Notes under the pieces: generated by a model
What the model was told of the DNA's origin: nothing
The model's database searches: none
What the model saw: the letters and a program-made list of their open reading frames with translations, nothing else
Shown: piece by piece, positions 11,001-24,069 of the stretch
Numbering within the stretch: position 1 is the stretch's first letter
Layout of the letters: each line of letters opens with the position of its first letter
Source: Eledone cirrhosa
Lineage: Eukaryota
Assembly: GCA_964016885.1 (NCBI GenBank)
Contig: OZ024740.1
Location: forward strand, 354,144,001 to 354,208,000
Direction of reading: 5' to 3'
DNA length: 64,000 nt
Position numbers and translations under genes: made by a program

Positions 11001-14000
11001 AAATAGGACTTTTTAAATATTAATAGTAGAGATATTCAAAGAGAAAAATGAAGTTTACTTTGTTGGGTATTCTATCTCGCCTTTTGGATCAGGATTAAGA
11101 TCAAATTCTTGGTCAGCAGCAGCATTAATATCATCAAATGTCATAGAAGGACAATTTTTAAATCTAAACAAAAATTGATTGAATAAATGATGATAGAATA
11201 GAGACATATATGAAAGCATATACAATATATTTATGCATAATAAACGTATGAGGTGTATCAGAAAAGTAACAGGACTTAGTGTGCTGTGTGAGCTGTGAGT
11301 GGGGTAGGGATTAGCAGGTTATGACACCATGTGACATAATATCAGAGGAGTATATAATTGCAATCTCAACTTTCTGTAGCCATTGTTTGATTTTTCATGT
11401 GCTTTTGGGAATTCACATGGCCTCATCCAGTTTCACAACTGGATAAGGCCAAGCTGGGTGAGGCCATGCTGGGGCACCTACGATTATCAAATAATTTTGA
11501 AAATAATCAAGAATTTGGAAAGATTTCATCATATAACTAACTTTCTGGAGTTTTATGATGGAAGGTTTTTTTGATAAATATAAACACTTTAAAACAAACA
11601 GTTTTGTATCATTGAACCAGGGGTTGAAAAAGAAAAATGTGACTTACAATTTCATCTTCGATGGATCTGTATTTTCACCACCGCCTATGATAATGATTCC
11701 TTTCAGCTTGACATGGCCTGTAAATCTAGTAAACAATAGAAAATTAATACATATATTTAAGACAGAGGAAAGTATAGAGGCAGCAAGTTAACAGGTCAGG
11801 TCATGAAAATTACAGAAAGAGTTATTGTACAACTGATTAGGGACCGAATTAACCTAGATGAGATACAATTTGGATTTGTGCTGGGTAAAAGTACCACTGA
11901 TGCCCTGTTCCTTGTGAGGCAACTCCAGAAGTACCTAGCTAAAAGTAAGCCTCTCTATTTGGCATTTGTTGACCTGGAGAAAGTGTCCTCCACTCTATGA
12001 TCTGGTGGGCTCTTAGAAGACGACGGGTAGATGGTTGTGAGGGCAGCACAAGCCATGTACAGAGGGGCAATCAGCAATGTTAGAATTAATTATGATTATA
12101 GTGAGGAATTTAATGTGCAAGTAAGAGTTCATCAGGGGTATGTTCTGAGCCATCTCTTGTGATCAAACCTGAGACATCATGACTGAGCCACATTTTCCCA
12201 ATCTGTTACAGTGTGGTCAATCCTGGGACATCATGACTGAGTCACATTTTCCGAAGATGTCACACAGTGTGATGAAACCCAGGACTTCATGACTGAGTCA
12301 CATTTCTCTAAGAGATCATACTGTGTGATTAAACTTGGTATATTATGACTGAGCCCCATTTCCCTAAGATATCACAGTGTTGCTAGACCTGATACATCAT
12401 GACTGAGCCCCATTTTCCCTAAGATATCACAGTGTAATCAGACCTGGTACATTATGACAGCATCATTTCCTTAAGATATCACACAGTGTGGTCAGACCTG
12501 GTACATTATGACTGAGCCACATTTCCCTAAGATATCACACAATGTGGTCAGACCGGGTACATCATGACTGAACCACTTTTCCTTAAGATGTCACACAGTG
12601 TGGTCAGACCTAGGACTTCCTGACTGAGCCCCATTTCCCTAAGATATCATACAGTGTGGTCTGACTTAGGACATCATAACTGAAGCCATGCAATGAAAAT
12701 AAGTACCAAACAAAGTACTGGGGTATGTGATATAATTAACAAAAAAAAAAAAACCTTTCAAGTGGTGCTCTACTATGACAGTTCAACAACTGGATCCAGT
12801 AAAAGAGTAAAATAATCAATAAATTACTTATTTTGAAATAATTACTTACGGAATATTAAATAACAATTCTTCATCAACATCACTGTCAACATACTTTAAA
12901 AGAAAAAAAATGGTTGTAACAGTCGAGTTGTGTAATTACATAATGAAAAATACACATAGAATATCAACCATGTAAAAAGAAATAATGAAATAAGTATGAC
13001 TATATGAAACAAATGAATTCATAAAGCTTATATTTAGCTATAGTATTGTCGACAGTTTTGTTTTGAGGGTTTACAATATTGTTGGATTTATAGCAAACTA
13101 ATAGTTGAAATGCTTGAATATCGAAAGAAATGAACTTCCAAAAGACAATAAACTTGGTATGAAATAAATAAAAATGTAGTTTTAGAAGCCTAGTATTAAA
13201 ATACTGCAATCAGTAGGTGAGTAGTAAATCTTTCTCTAGACTTATTACCTATCTATCATGCAGCATTGCACTTCATAAGGCATCATACAATCTGCCCTTT
13301 ATTACCTCTGCTTGTAACAAAAAGTTTCTCTTTCTCTCTCAGACAGAGGCATATCTAGGGTATGACAAGCATGGCACATGTCATGGGCGCCACTTAAAAG
13401 GAGTGCTACCTGAACTAGGAGCACTTTCTATTAAAGTCAGATATGCTATTGTCAGAGATTGAAAAAAGAAACTTCCTCAGATGTATGATATGTCTTTGAT
13501 TATTATGGGTGATAAACACTATGGTGGCTGGATCATTAAACCATTTATATAAATTATTAGGCTATAGGTAAAAATACAATGCTGGAAACTACATGATCAC
13601 AGAGGTATACCTCATAGTATGACTTGTTAAATATTTTAATAGGGTTTTAATATTTGTTAAAGATCAGTATTTCCCTTTAAATACACTAACACTTTTGCCA
13701 ATATTTTAGGTATACTAAAGCAAAAAGGATAACTGTAGAACATATGAAAATGTAGTTTAATACCCTAAACCCTCGTTTATTTAAACTGCTCTGGCAATCC
13801 CATTGTCTAACAACTACTATATAGCTTGCTGTATGGGCAGGGGCACAATTTCAATGTTTACCATAGGCACTATTTTCCCTTGTTACACTTCTGCTCCCAG
13901 GAGAAGATCAGCGGCAATAGCTCAATGAAATGTTCCCACTCTGTTATTATTCCGGCTACTATGCTTTCAAAACAATTATGTCCACTACTAGGAATACTGC

Positions 14001-15795
14001 CAAGTGGTTAGGGTGTTTGGCTCATGATCATAAGGTCATGGGTGCGATTCCTGGACCAGACAGCACATTGCATTCTTGTGCAAGACACTTCATTTCACAT
14101 TGTTCCAGTCCACTCAGCTGAAAGAAATGAATACCAACAGTTGCTGGGGTTAAGCCAGTCCATTGCAGACTGCAATGGACTGGCTTAACCCCAAAGAAAC
14201 TAGGAAAAGCTTGAATTGGATTAGATTCTAAACTTCTAGTGTTGGAAACAATTTAGTTCACATGTACTCTCACAACTAAGTGTTTCTGTGCATCTGCTAC
14301 ATATAAAGTCTACCTCTTCTATCAACCTGCCTATGATCTTGTGTATATGTAGCTTACACTGGGTACACTGTATGGAATTCCTACTATCTCGTTTTCTGTA
14401 TATCAAGCACACCCATTTCCATTATGGTAGGAAGATATACTCTTCTTTCCTACTTAGTAAAACTTTAGTCCTTGCTAAGTTTACTTTGAGGCCTTTTAAC
14501 TTTTGTTGCCATGTCTGGAATTTCCTCTTTAAATCTCTAAATTCTATGAAAACTAGGTTATCAGCACATAGGAGTTACCATGAACAGTTGGTCTTAAAGT
14601 CCTCTGCTATTGCCTGGAAGACTATAATAAAATCTGAGTTTTGAGGGACCTCTACCTGCACACTATTATTGCCTACTTTGACCTTGCTGATTGTCCCACT
14701 GTACAAGACTTGCACAGCACCCATTAGGCAATTCATCTACCCCTAGTTTTCCTTAGAGGCCACAAGATCATGGAGCATCAAACCCTAATACATCAGTAAG
14801 ACAAGTAGCTCAATGTCAGCAGATCAACTCTTCTAAACGTCTCGAATATCACTGTCTGAAAAAAATAGTTTGCCAATAATTCTTAATATTTTAGAATTTT
14901 ATTGTTTGGCTACAAACATCTGGCTTCTTTCCATCAACCTGGGGTAGACGAGCGAAGCGACCTGTAATCAGGCGGCAAGATAACCCATGAAAACCAGTGA
15001 AGTCAAGAGGCCTCCCCCAACGACATTTTTCATCTTTGTAAAAATATACTTAACGCTTTTTAAGTTTTCACGCTACAATCAAAATTATTCATTTCGATAA
15101 TTTTTTATTTTTTTTTACATTCTCCCATTATAGCTAATGTAATTTTTAGATCTACGAGGTAAATCTCACCCTCTGCGCACAAAAATGCACATACACACAT
15201 ATATATATATATATACATACACATCGTGTAATAAGTCACGCCGGTAGATTTGTCGCACCTCTAATATACATTTACTTTGAATTGAGGCGTTGTGTTTCAT
15301 AGACAAGTCAGTTAATCGCATGTTGGTTTTTCACGTTGTGTTTTCGTTGAAAAACATGCGAGTTACACACAAGTATATACGATGTGTGTGTTTACGTTGC
15401 TAAAACATACTTCACATTTTTACTTGTTTACGTTTATGGCTGTGTTTATATTTTGTAACATCAACATGTCCGTGTCTAGATATGAGATTAGAATTATATT
15501 CCTAGAAAATACCTTCTGCCTGACATAAGTGAAATGAAATATGAATATCAGAATTATTATAAGTTGTCAATAGTAAAAAATCTGTTTTAAAAACCTTTTC
15601 CCTCGAGAGACGTTCATTCCATGGTTTAAAAACACATTTTCCAGAATCTTCCACTGCTTCATTCAAACATACAATTCGATCTGTGTCTATTTTAAGATAC
15701 AAACTAAATGCATTGGCTCTTTCTTCGTCTGTTTGCTCGCTGTCTTCTTTATGTTCGTGACAGCAATGACCATGTCCATGTCCGTGCCCAGCCAT
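7940..15795 (-). CDS. PITHD1: PITH domain-containing protein 1, complete 6-exon gene, 212 aa; exons 15595-15795, 12850-12893, 11648-11725, 11059-11163, 10588-10696, 7940-8041
   Basis: All introns are GT-AG and phases join into one ORF (201+44+78+105+109+102=639 nt): MAGHGHGHGHCCHEH...SLYLKID..CLNE..GKCVFKPW..EK|YVDSDVDEELLFNIP|FTGHVKLKGIIIIGG..PSKMKL|FKNCPSMTFDD..DQEFDLNPDPKGEIEYPTK|VARFNQVEHLTIYFPSNFGAETTRVHYIGLRGDFTS|MKRHGVTICNYEARANPTDHKV...IQ*. This is recognisably PITHD1. Confidence 0.96.
8733..9158 (+). mobile_element. tRNA-derived SINE family B, full length, with RTE-related tail
   Basis: A-box tggcttagtgg, B-box gagttcaattc, body ccttgagcaagacactttat, tail shared with the RTE 3' UTR, ends in (gaaat)n. 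Confidence 0.85.
9853..10088. mobile_element. piggyBac-like TTAA MITE family 2 (copies at 10347-10533, 49334-49562, 51527-51753)
   Basis: ttaa-CCCTTTAGCATTTA...TAAATGCTAAAGGG-ttaa inverted termini, four copies. Confidence 0.8.
10588..10696 (-). CDS. PITHD1: PITHD1 exon 5
   Basis: ctag|AGTGGCTCGA...ACTAGT|gtaagt, encodes VARFNQVEHLTIYFPSNFGAETTRVHYIGLRGDFTS. Confidence 0.93.
11059..11163 (-). CDS. PITHD1: PITHD1 exon 4
   Basis: ttag|ATTTAAAAAT...ACAAA|gtaaac, encodes FKNCPSMTFDDINAAADQEFDLNPDPKGEIEYPTK. Confidence 0.93.
11648..11725 (-). CDS. PITHD1: PITHD1 exon 3
   Basis: ctag|ATTTACAGGC...AAATT|gtaagt, encodes FTGHVKLKGIIIIGGGENTDPSKMKL. Confidence 0.93.
11790..12160 (+). mobile_element. 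RTE reverse-transcriptase fragment in PITHD1 intron 2
   Basis: QFGFVLGKSTTDALF..LAFVDLEK, homologous to 44408-46543. Confidence 0.85.
12160..12685. repeat. Minisatellite, unit about 54-56 bp, 9-10 copies
   Basis: unit ~cagtgtggtcagacctggtacattatgactgagccacatttccctaagatatcaca. Confidence 0.9.
12850..12893 (-). CDS. PITHD1: PITHD1 exon 2
   Basis: aaag|TATGTTGAC...ATTCC|gtaagt, encodes YVDSDVDEELLFNIP. Confidence 0.93.
14220..14780 (-). mobile_element. Degraded RTE RT fragment (another at about 16760-17140)
   Basis: Similarity to the RTE at 38017-39159 (EDFKTNCSW.LLCADN-like region). Confidence 0.7.
15595..15795 (-). CDS. PITHD1: PITHD1 exon 1
   Basis: ATG to GAAAAG|GT donor; His-rich N-terminus plus SLYLKID/CLNE/VFKPW. 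Confidence 0.93.
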
Positions 15796-17165
15796 TTTTT
15801 GTATTCTATGAAACTCTTCCCTGACAATAATAAACCAGAAAGAGTTACCCCACTTGGATGACTTTTAACAGTTTTTATTTCTCATCGTTAACAGATCTTA
15901 GGTGACAGTTATTTTATTAAGGTACTCAAATGAATTCGAACCCTTTTTTCAATATTGATATATATTTTTAGAGCTGTAGGTTAAGTAGTATGGAATTTGG
16001 TGCTATTCAAAACTGTCATTAGCTATAATCTTCTGATGACTATCCAGAAACTTTATAGCACTATTTGTTCCAATGTAAAAACTGCCCATCTTGAAGCTGG
16101 TCTTTAAAACACTACCAACATTTGGGTTGCAATACATTGTCAAGGACCTACCAACCGTAAACAAGATCTTCCAGTACATGGAGGCTACGAAAAAAAAATC
16201 AATAACAAAAAAGACGCCTTCACCGATTTCAGTGGGAAATAATATTTTTCTTCGTTTTTTGTTTTTTTTCGTGTGCTATCAATTAAACTTGCCTTTTAAT
16301 ATGGTCCTAAGGAGTTTTTCCTTACAAAAGGAAGGGGAAAGGAAGACCCTCGGACTTTTCACCCCATCCTCACTAAGTTTTCTTTACTATTTCATTTTCC
16401 CTAGGTTTTTTCGTGTGCTACCAACTAATCTTACCTCCGAACATGCTGTAAAGGAATTTTTACTCGGAAAAAGAATGGGGGATCTGCCCACTCCCGGAGT
16501 TTTCTTTAACCCCTAACCATAACGCCATCCCAGACCCCAACCCTAACTTCTTGAGTCATCCCACTTTCGAAGATGAAGCCTTCATTTTGCTTTTTTCTAA
16601 TGGCTAGAGTATATGCAGCTCACCACACCTGCAAACTTGGTGGGGTTGCTAGTTACTCACTGACGACTGAACCATATGACTGGTTGTACTGGGTTACTCG
16701 TAGCACTCAGGAGTAACTATAAGCTTAACCATATATATATATATATTTCCCTTTCACCACACAGGCATCATACAGTTGGCCTTTCATTCATAGAGAGAAA
16801 TCTTTTGTTGTCAGCAGAGGAAATAGCTACTATGCTCTAATTAGATCACCTAGGTAGCAGAAGCTATCAACCATTTCTATGGTTTCTTCCTGGAATCAGA
16901 AAGGGTTTATATTACTGATGCCCTTATTATCAATTATTCCTGAGTATCTGTGAGATACAAAGTCTTCTTTTCCTCTTAGACTGCTTCCTATCTCATTACA
17001 CCTCTTGTATACTTAATATTGTCATTGTGTACATCATATAGAGTTTCTGCTTACTTCTTTCTACTTATCAAGCAGGGCCACTTCCTTGGTGGGATCAGAG
17101 CTGTGTCTTCTTTCCTACTTACTATAACTTTGATTTTTGTTAAATTTATATGTATATGATACATA

Positions 17166-17875
17166 TATAACGGCGGCGAAGATTCGAAACCGAATCTGAG
17201 CTTTCCCGCCTCTGGGACAAGCCGTGGTAACTTGTTTACGCTCAAGAGACTAACCCCTTGGGAGAGGCTAAACACAGGTCAGAGGTGTTTACGCCTGACA
17301 GAAAATAGGTCAGAGGATATATCCATCTTTCTGACTTGTTTACGCTTGGCAAACTAATCCCTTGGGAGACTAACCAAAGTTCAGAGGATATAACTATCCT
17401 TCTAACTTCAACTCTTATAAAGACAGGGATTGTTTACGCCAAAAATAGAAAAGAAGTGGATACAGACAAGACGTTTTTACAAGCTCTCGTCACGAAAAAC
17501 CAGTCTGCCATTTATTCTCACCTTCCTGGCTGATCGCTGACTCCTGCAATACAAATAAGTGAATATACTGATACGCCGCACACACGCATTCATAGTGAGT
17601 CCAGCATTTGTACACGCACCATTCATTTCTGTTTACACATATTATAATCGTATTCTGTGATATTTGAATTTACGTGGCTCGAAGAGCCACCAAATTATTG
17701 TATGAATATTTTGTGTCAATTATTTTATCATTCAATATTCAAATTGAATATTGTTGTAATAAAATAAACTTTGTAACAACACTCCTTGTATTTTTCTTTA
17801 CACCGAAACCACCATACCAACAGTTACATCCATCCATCCACTTGTCGTTACAACCACACATAATATTCCGTTACA
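17166..17875 (+). mobile_element. Solo LTR (Gypsy-like), 4-bp CATA target-site duplication
   Basis: cata[TATAACGG...AATAAA...CCGTTACA]cata; short inverted termini. Confidence 0.75.
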
Positions 17876-17883
17876 CATACATA

Positions 17884-18328
17884 TATAATGGAATACTCCT
17901 ATATTTTACCGGCGAAGATTCGAAACCGAATCTGAGGTTTCCCGCATTTGAGACCACCCATTGTAGGAGATTTCCCACCATTGTCCTGTTAAGTCAACGA
18001 TGATAAACGTACATACCACTTGACCTCTGATCCCAGCTTCCTGGGAGACAATATCCACATGGCTGATCATAAATCAACATCATATACACATCCTTCTAAC
18101 TATAACACTATTATAAATACAAGGATACAAGGAGTTAAGGAATCTCAGGGCCAGAGAGACCGAAGCAAGCAGTCCGTGTTAAGGTTCACGATGTAGCAGA
18201 CCTTTCACTCTATCACTCTCTCCTGGCCTCACTGGTTGTCACCTTCTCGGCCACAGACACAGCCAGACAGACAACCATGCCTGCCTGACAGATTGACCAC
18301 TACTACTACGACAATAACGTATACTAAG

Positions 18329-18388
<60 letters not shown>

Positions 18389-18680
18389 GTTCAATTTGTT
18401 TACTGCTATGCTTCACCTATTCTTTAATCTTCCTGTCATATTGTATTTGTAAGATACAACACAACCTTTACTATATCGTTTTCTGTGATACATGCATTTA
18501 CGCTAGCTCGTAGAAGCTAGAGTTATCTAATCAATGTAGTGATAATTCATGTCATAAATTTCATTATTCGATGTTCAAATTGAATATTGTTATTGTAAAA
18601 TAAACATTGTTAACAACACAATCCTGGCATTATTCTTTTCGTCAAACTACCATACAAAGAATATCATCTTATCCGCTACA
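17884..18680 (+). mobile_element. Second, related solo LTR, 4-bp CATA TSD, internal (CA)n
   Basis: cata[TATAATGG...AATAAA...CCGCTACA]cata; shares ggcgaagattcgaaaccgaatctgag and the 3' block with the first LTR. Confidence 0.72.
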
Positions 18681-18830
18681 CATATATATGTGTGTGTGTT
18701 TATGTGAGTACGCATGCATGTATGTATATATATACATATAATGGAAAAATTGGAACAGGAACAAAACAGAGAGGCAGTACAACGAATGTTTATTAATTTT
18801 ACGCTCTGGAGAGTGGGGTGGTGGTGGGGA

Positions 18831-18863
18831 ACGACGTTTCGGGCATAAGCCCTTCCTCAGGTG
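18831..18863 (-). ncRNA. Minimal type I hammerhead ribozyme motif
   Basis: ac-CTGAGGA-a-gggc(ttat)gccc-GAAA-cg-TC-gt; stem I only 2 bp. Confidence 0.65.
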
Positions 18864-20639
18864 AGAAGTGTGTGGGAACAGAGTTCAAAGGGTGTGTAGG
18901 GGAGTGGTGGAGAGACATATAGCGAAAGGAAACGGTGCGAATGAAATTAAAAATAAAAATAAAAATAAAAATAAAGCATGATCAAAATAAAAGGAATGAA
19001 ATAAAAATAAATATAAAAGCATGATCAAAATAAACTGAAATAAAAAGGGGTAAAACAGGTGGTGGAAGGGTGTGATGTGTGTAGGGGTGGTGGCGGGTGG
19101 AATGGGGAGAGGGAGACGGGGTGTCCGAGCGGGGAGGGCTGAAGGTGGTGTGTGTGTGTGTGTAGGTGTACGTGTGTGTGTGTGTGTGTATGTGAAAGTA
19201 AGGGTTGGGGGAAGAACGGGGTTGCATGTTCAGGAAGAGGTGTGTGTGTGTGGGGGGGGGGGGGGGTTGTAGGTCGGAGTGTCTGTGCGTATATATATAT
19301 ATATAAGCAAAGAGATATTTAATTTGTTGGTAATTCAACAAATTTAATTAGAACAGATTCAAAGCACTCAACAATTAACCTGGAGTATAATATCAATGAT
19401 ATTAATAAATGCAAACTATATTTATAAAACCATATTTATTTTATTATATATATTTCAAGGGTACCAAAACTTTGGTACGCACTCATCAGATAAAATACAA
19501 AATTTGTTTTATAAATAGTGACATACCCCAGAAACCAGACCTTATCGGTTCAGGTTCCGTTTGGATAGTGAAAGGAAAAATGAAAAAAATTTCAAATCTT
19601 TAGGATGGATATGTAAATGAAGTAGAAGCGTAGACTGAAAAAATCGTTATATTTAGACGCTAGGTAAATTTAAATAATTATTAGGATACTTTATAAAAGA
19701 AGAATAGGAAAGAGAAGCTAATATTAATATTATGGTGTAAGTAAATTTAAAAATTACAAATGTGTCGAAGTGGTAGAATACTAATCCAAATTTTGATATA
19801 TATAACCAAATCATGAGTTATAATATTATATAGATAATCCTTATAATTAGATTTTATGAAGAATTAAGGTTGTAAGTACACTTTAGCTTATTATATTATA
19901 ACAGGTTATTTATATACATATTTATATAAATAAATAAAAATATAAATATTATTGATTATATGTGTTGTTATTTTCAATAGATAAATAATTTAAATATTAT
20001 TATATAATTTAAGGGTTACGAAGGATATTGTGTTTACATTTTCCATATATAGTTAAAAAAAGACGTAGTTCGAATTTTATTAGAGAAGAACTTTTTGTAC
20101 ATTCAAATAGTTCAATCAAGATAGAAAACATTTACAGAAAATTATTAAGTTAACGAAACTATAGAGAATTTAGTATTTATGTTGTTAAGAAGAGAGGATG
20201 TTTATGCGTGCTACATTATAAAGGAAAAGATAACTCCAATGTTTCTTAGTTACACTATTTACGTTAGATTTGTCATTTATTTTAGAATTTACTTAAAAAA
20301 TGCGGAATGTATGTAGTGAAAATTTCATATATTATTTTGTGTATGATTATAATGTATTTTATATTACATCTTTTCAAAGATGAGAATTTCTTTTACATAT
20401 GTATTTAGATATTATCTATATAGTCAATTAGGAAGAAAATATGATTACAGACATCATGAGTGTATTTAGAAACTATCACAAAAAGGATATATTTCAAAAT
20501 ATCAATTAAAAACATTAAGAAGAATATCAATTGGAAAAGAATATCATTTGTAAAAATAATTTGTAAAAATGTCATTTAAAAATCAACACTAAATATCGAC
20601 AGAAGCATAGTGAAGACATAAAATGTGAACAAGTGAAGT

Positions 20640-21660
20640 ATATACTATAGATTAAAAATACTTCGGAAAATCATTTTTTTGGCGATGTCGGCAGGAACTG
20701 AATATTTCTTTCTTTAAGTTGATAGAGTTTTAGCAGGTAAGTATATAAAAAATTTCTTCAATACACAAATGACAGATTCTTGAGAGAGCCATATTTCGGT
20801 ATGCTGGTGCTTTCGAAATCGTTCCCCAAGAGATTGAATAGTCAATATTATTGTCTTTTAAGTACCAAATTAGATGTGAAAGTGATGTAGAAAATTTTTT
20901 TATCGGATCTATTAAATGTATGTTTATGATTATACCAGCGTTCTTTAAATTTTGTAGAAGTGGGTCCTATATAGTTATATATTTTATCTCTAGTTTTTAC
21001 TGTGCATTTGTATACTAAGTTTTTATCTAGGCAATTATTCTGTAAAGGACAATTTGATTCATTTCTACAGTTACATTTTCGAGAGTTAATGTTACTAGGA
21101 ACGGTACTATTATTATTAGTATTAAAAGTGTTATTAGTAATATTAATATTGTTATCTTGGTTTATTTTGTATAGGTTTAAATTTAAGTTTCTATTATTAA
21201 TTCTATTTATATTTTGTGTTATGTTCATAGTAGTAGAGTAAGATAGTTTTATAGTATGTCTGTTAAAGATAGAATGGTATCTATGGGATTTAAGAAAGCA
21301 TTTATTTAATGCTTTGAAAAATAGTTTTGCTACAGGTATTTTAACTCCTAATGAGAATGGAGGAGAGTACCAAATAATATTTCAAGTTCTAGTTCTTTTG
21401 TTTGATTTACTATTTAAGTTAAATTGTTTATTACTATTATTATAGTGAATTTTAGGAAGATTTTGCATGTTATTGTTATCTAAGTATTTAATTTTATTGA
21501 TGTAGCCAGCTCTATGTAATTCATCATTGTAATATTCTGCTTTATTATCAAAATTATTTTTATTAGCTGAAATGCGTGAAATTCGTTGTTGGACATTATT
21601 GACAATAGTATTTTTTATATTCCTAGGATGGTTAGAATTGAAGCTTACATAGTTTAGGTT
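20640..21660 (-). mobile_element. Penelope-like element C, 5'-truncated RT thumb + GIY-YIG endonuclease, with in-frame stop/frameshift damage
   Basis: SNHPRNIK...IIWYSPPFS...IFNRHTIKLSYST...CNCRNESNCPLQNNC..NLVYKC..YIG..FKERWYNH; 5' end abuts (TA)n. Confidence 0.85.
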
Positions 21661-21805
21661 ATATATATATATGTGACATGACAGCCTCCCTAGTGTAGAT
21701 GATTTACCCTATAAAATGCACCCAGTACACTGTAAAGTGGTTGGTGATAGGAAGGGCATTGAGCCATAGAAAAGATGCCAAACAATATATATATATATAC
21801 CGCCC

Positions 21806-22100
<295 letters not shown>

Positions 22101-22947
22101 ATATGGAGTGAGAGAGAGAGATAATTATCGTCATATTCAGTTTCCATTAGTGTAATCAATAATTTTAGAGTGATTATGTAGCAAGAAACTGAAGCTGCTT
22201 ACCATTATGCTTTATTTAACAGTTGAATTGCTTTGTTTGGCAAATTCTGTGGTAGTTCCACTATAAAGTTCCAAATATAATAATCTATGAAGTATATATA
22301 GAAATTTTTTTAAATCATTTAAAATGTTACATTTCAGATGAGTGAGACCATCATTTATAGCACAACTCTGATATATATTTCTTCATATGTGTTATATAAT
22401 CAGTTTAAGATCGCTAATTTTGAATAATAATGTCCAACGTACATATGTCACCTTGATAATGCTGTGGTTTTTTTATGGATAAGAATACAGCCAACATCTA
22501 TTCAATAGCATCGAGTGTCCACCAGCAAAGAAATAACAACAATAAAGTTACAATAAAGTTACTTTGGTAGTTTAGAGAAATAAATGAACAGATGGTAAGA
22601 TCAAATCTCGTGTTAATCAGGATTTTAGTAAGAAAATGTTTTAAATTGTTTGTGTCTGTAATTAAAAATTCGTTCCTGTCTAGTATTAACTAATTTGTAC
22701 CAGTTATTATATAGTATACTTCAACTGTACAAATTTTACATACACCTGTATCTTGTTAATATGGACGGGCAAATTCCAGGATAGACTACAAAATTTCATG
22801 CTTTTTTTGTCCTCTTTTAATTTCCATATTTTATCAGCTAAAGCAGTTGAGTTTCTATGTTTAGGGTGCTATGTGAGTGTACATACCATCTTTTCTTGAA
22901 AAGAATGGAAGTGACCCCTATATATCTGAATTTTGGGTTATTCACAT

Positions 22948-23810
22948 TAATCGGTAGAGGGTCAGACGCCATGCTTTGATGCATAGAGTTACGGCCCTTG
23001 CCATTCTGAGTTCAAATCCCGCCGAGGTTAACTTTGCCTTTCATCCTTTCGGGGTCGATAAAATAAAGTACCAGTAATGCACTGGGTAATTGCTGCCCTT
23101 GTGCAAAAAAGTAGAAACAATTATTACACATGCTTTTATTCTGTAGGGGACATTTGTCTGGTTTCCTTCAATTGCAATTTATATGCTTCCTGTGGAATGG
23201 TTCCTATTTAGCAGTATTGATAGAGCATTGGACAACATGCTTTGCAGCACAGAGTTACGGCTCTTTACTTTCTAAGTTCAAATTCCGTTGTGGTTAGTTT
23301 TGCCTTTCATCCTTACTGGGTTGATAAAATAAAGCACCAGTAATGCACCGGGGTCGATTTAATCAACTTTCCCTTCCTTTTCAAATTACTGACCTTGTGC
23401 CTAAAGTAGAAACAATTATCATTATTATACTAAGAGAATGGCCTGTGGATTGGCAGTATCGGTAGAGGGTCGGACGCCATGCTTTCCAGCATAGTTACGT
23501 CCCTTTACGATCTGAGTTCAAATCCCGCCGAGGTTGACTTTGCCTTTCATCCTTACGGGGTCGATAAAATAAAGTACCAGTAATGAACTGGGTAATTGCT
23601 GGCCTTGTGCCTAAAGTAGAAACAATTATTATACTAAGAGGGTTGGACGCCATGCTTTGCAGCATAGAGTTACTCCCCTTTATGGTCTAAGTTCAAATCC
23701 CGTTGAGGTTAACTTTGCCTTTCATCCTTACAGGGTCGATAAAATAAAATATCAGTAATGTACTGGGTAATTGCTGGCCTTGTGCCAAAAGTAGAAACAA
23801 TTATTATACT
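22948..23810 (+). mobile_element. Tandem array of four SINE family A copies
   Basis: Four successive gttcaaatcccgccgaggtt..tttgcctttcatcc..gtagaaacaattatta units. Confidence 0.85.
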
Positions 23811-24069
23811 AATACTACTACAACTAATTATCTGTCTTTGTTTAGAATGAATATATTTTCAGCCAATAATAGCCCAGCTATTTTGTGGTACCTAAGATCC
23901 ACTTGTCATTTGCCACTCCTCTAATACTGCTTATAAAATTCTCCTCCCTTCCTACTCTTTTCTGTATCATTTTACCTACACCACTCTTTTTCTTTTTCTC
24001 CCTCTTACATCTCCTCCTCCTAATCTTCACTTTCTTGCTTACTTCCTCTTCATATGTCTTCCAATCTAG

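Noticed and set aside
12160-12685. CRISPR-like array
   Set aside because: Units are wholly repeated with no unique spacers, the context is eukaryotic, and there are no cas genes.
15502-15594. C-terminal part of the 97-aa track ORF
   Set aside because: It is read-through into PITHD1 intron 1 past the GT donor.
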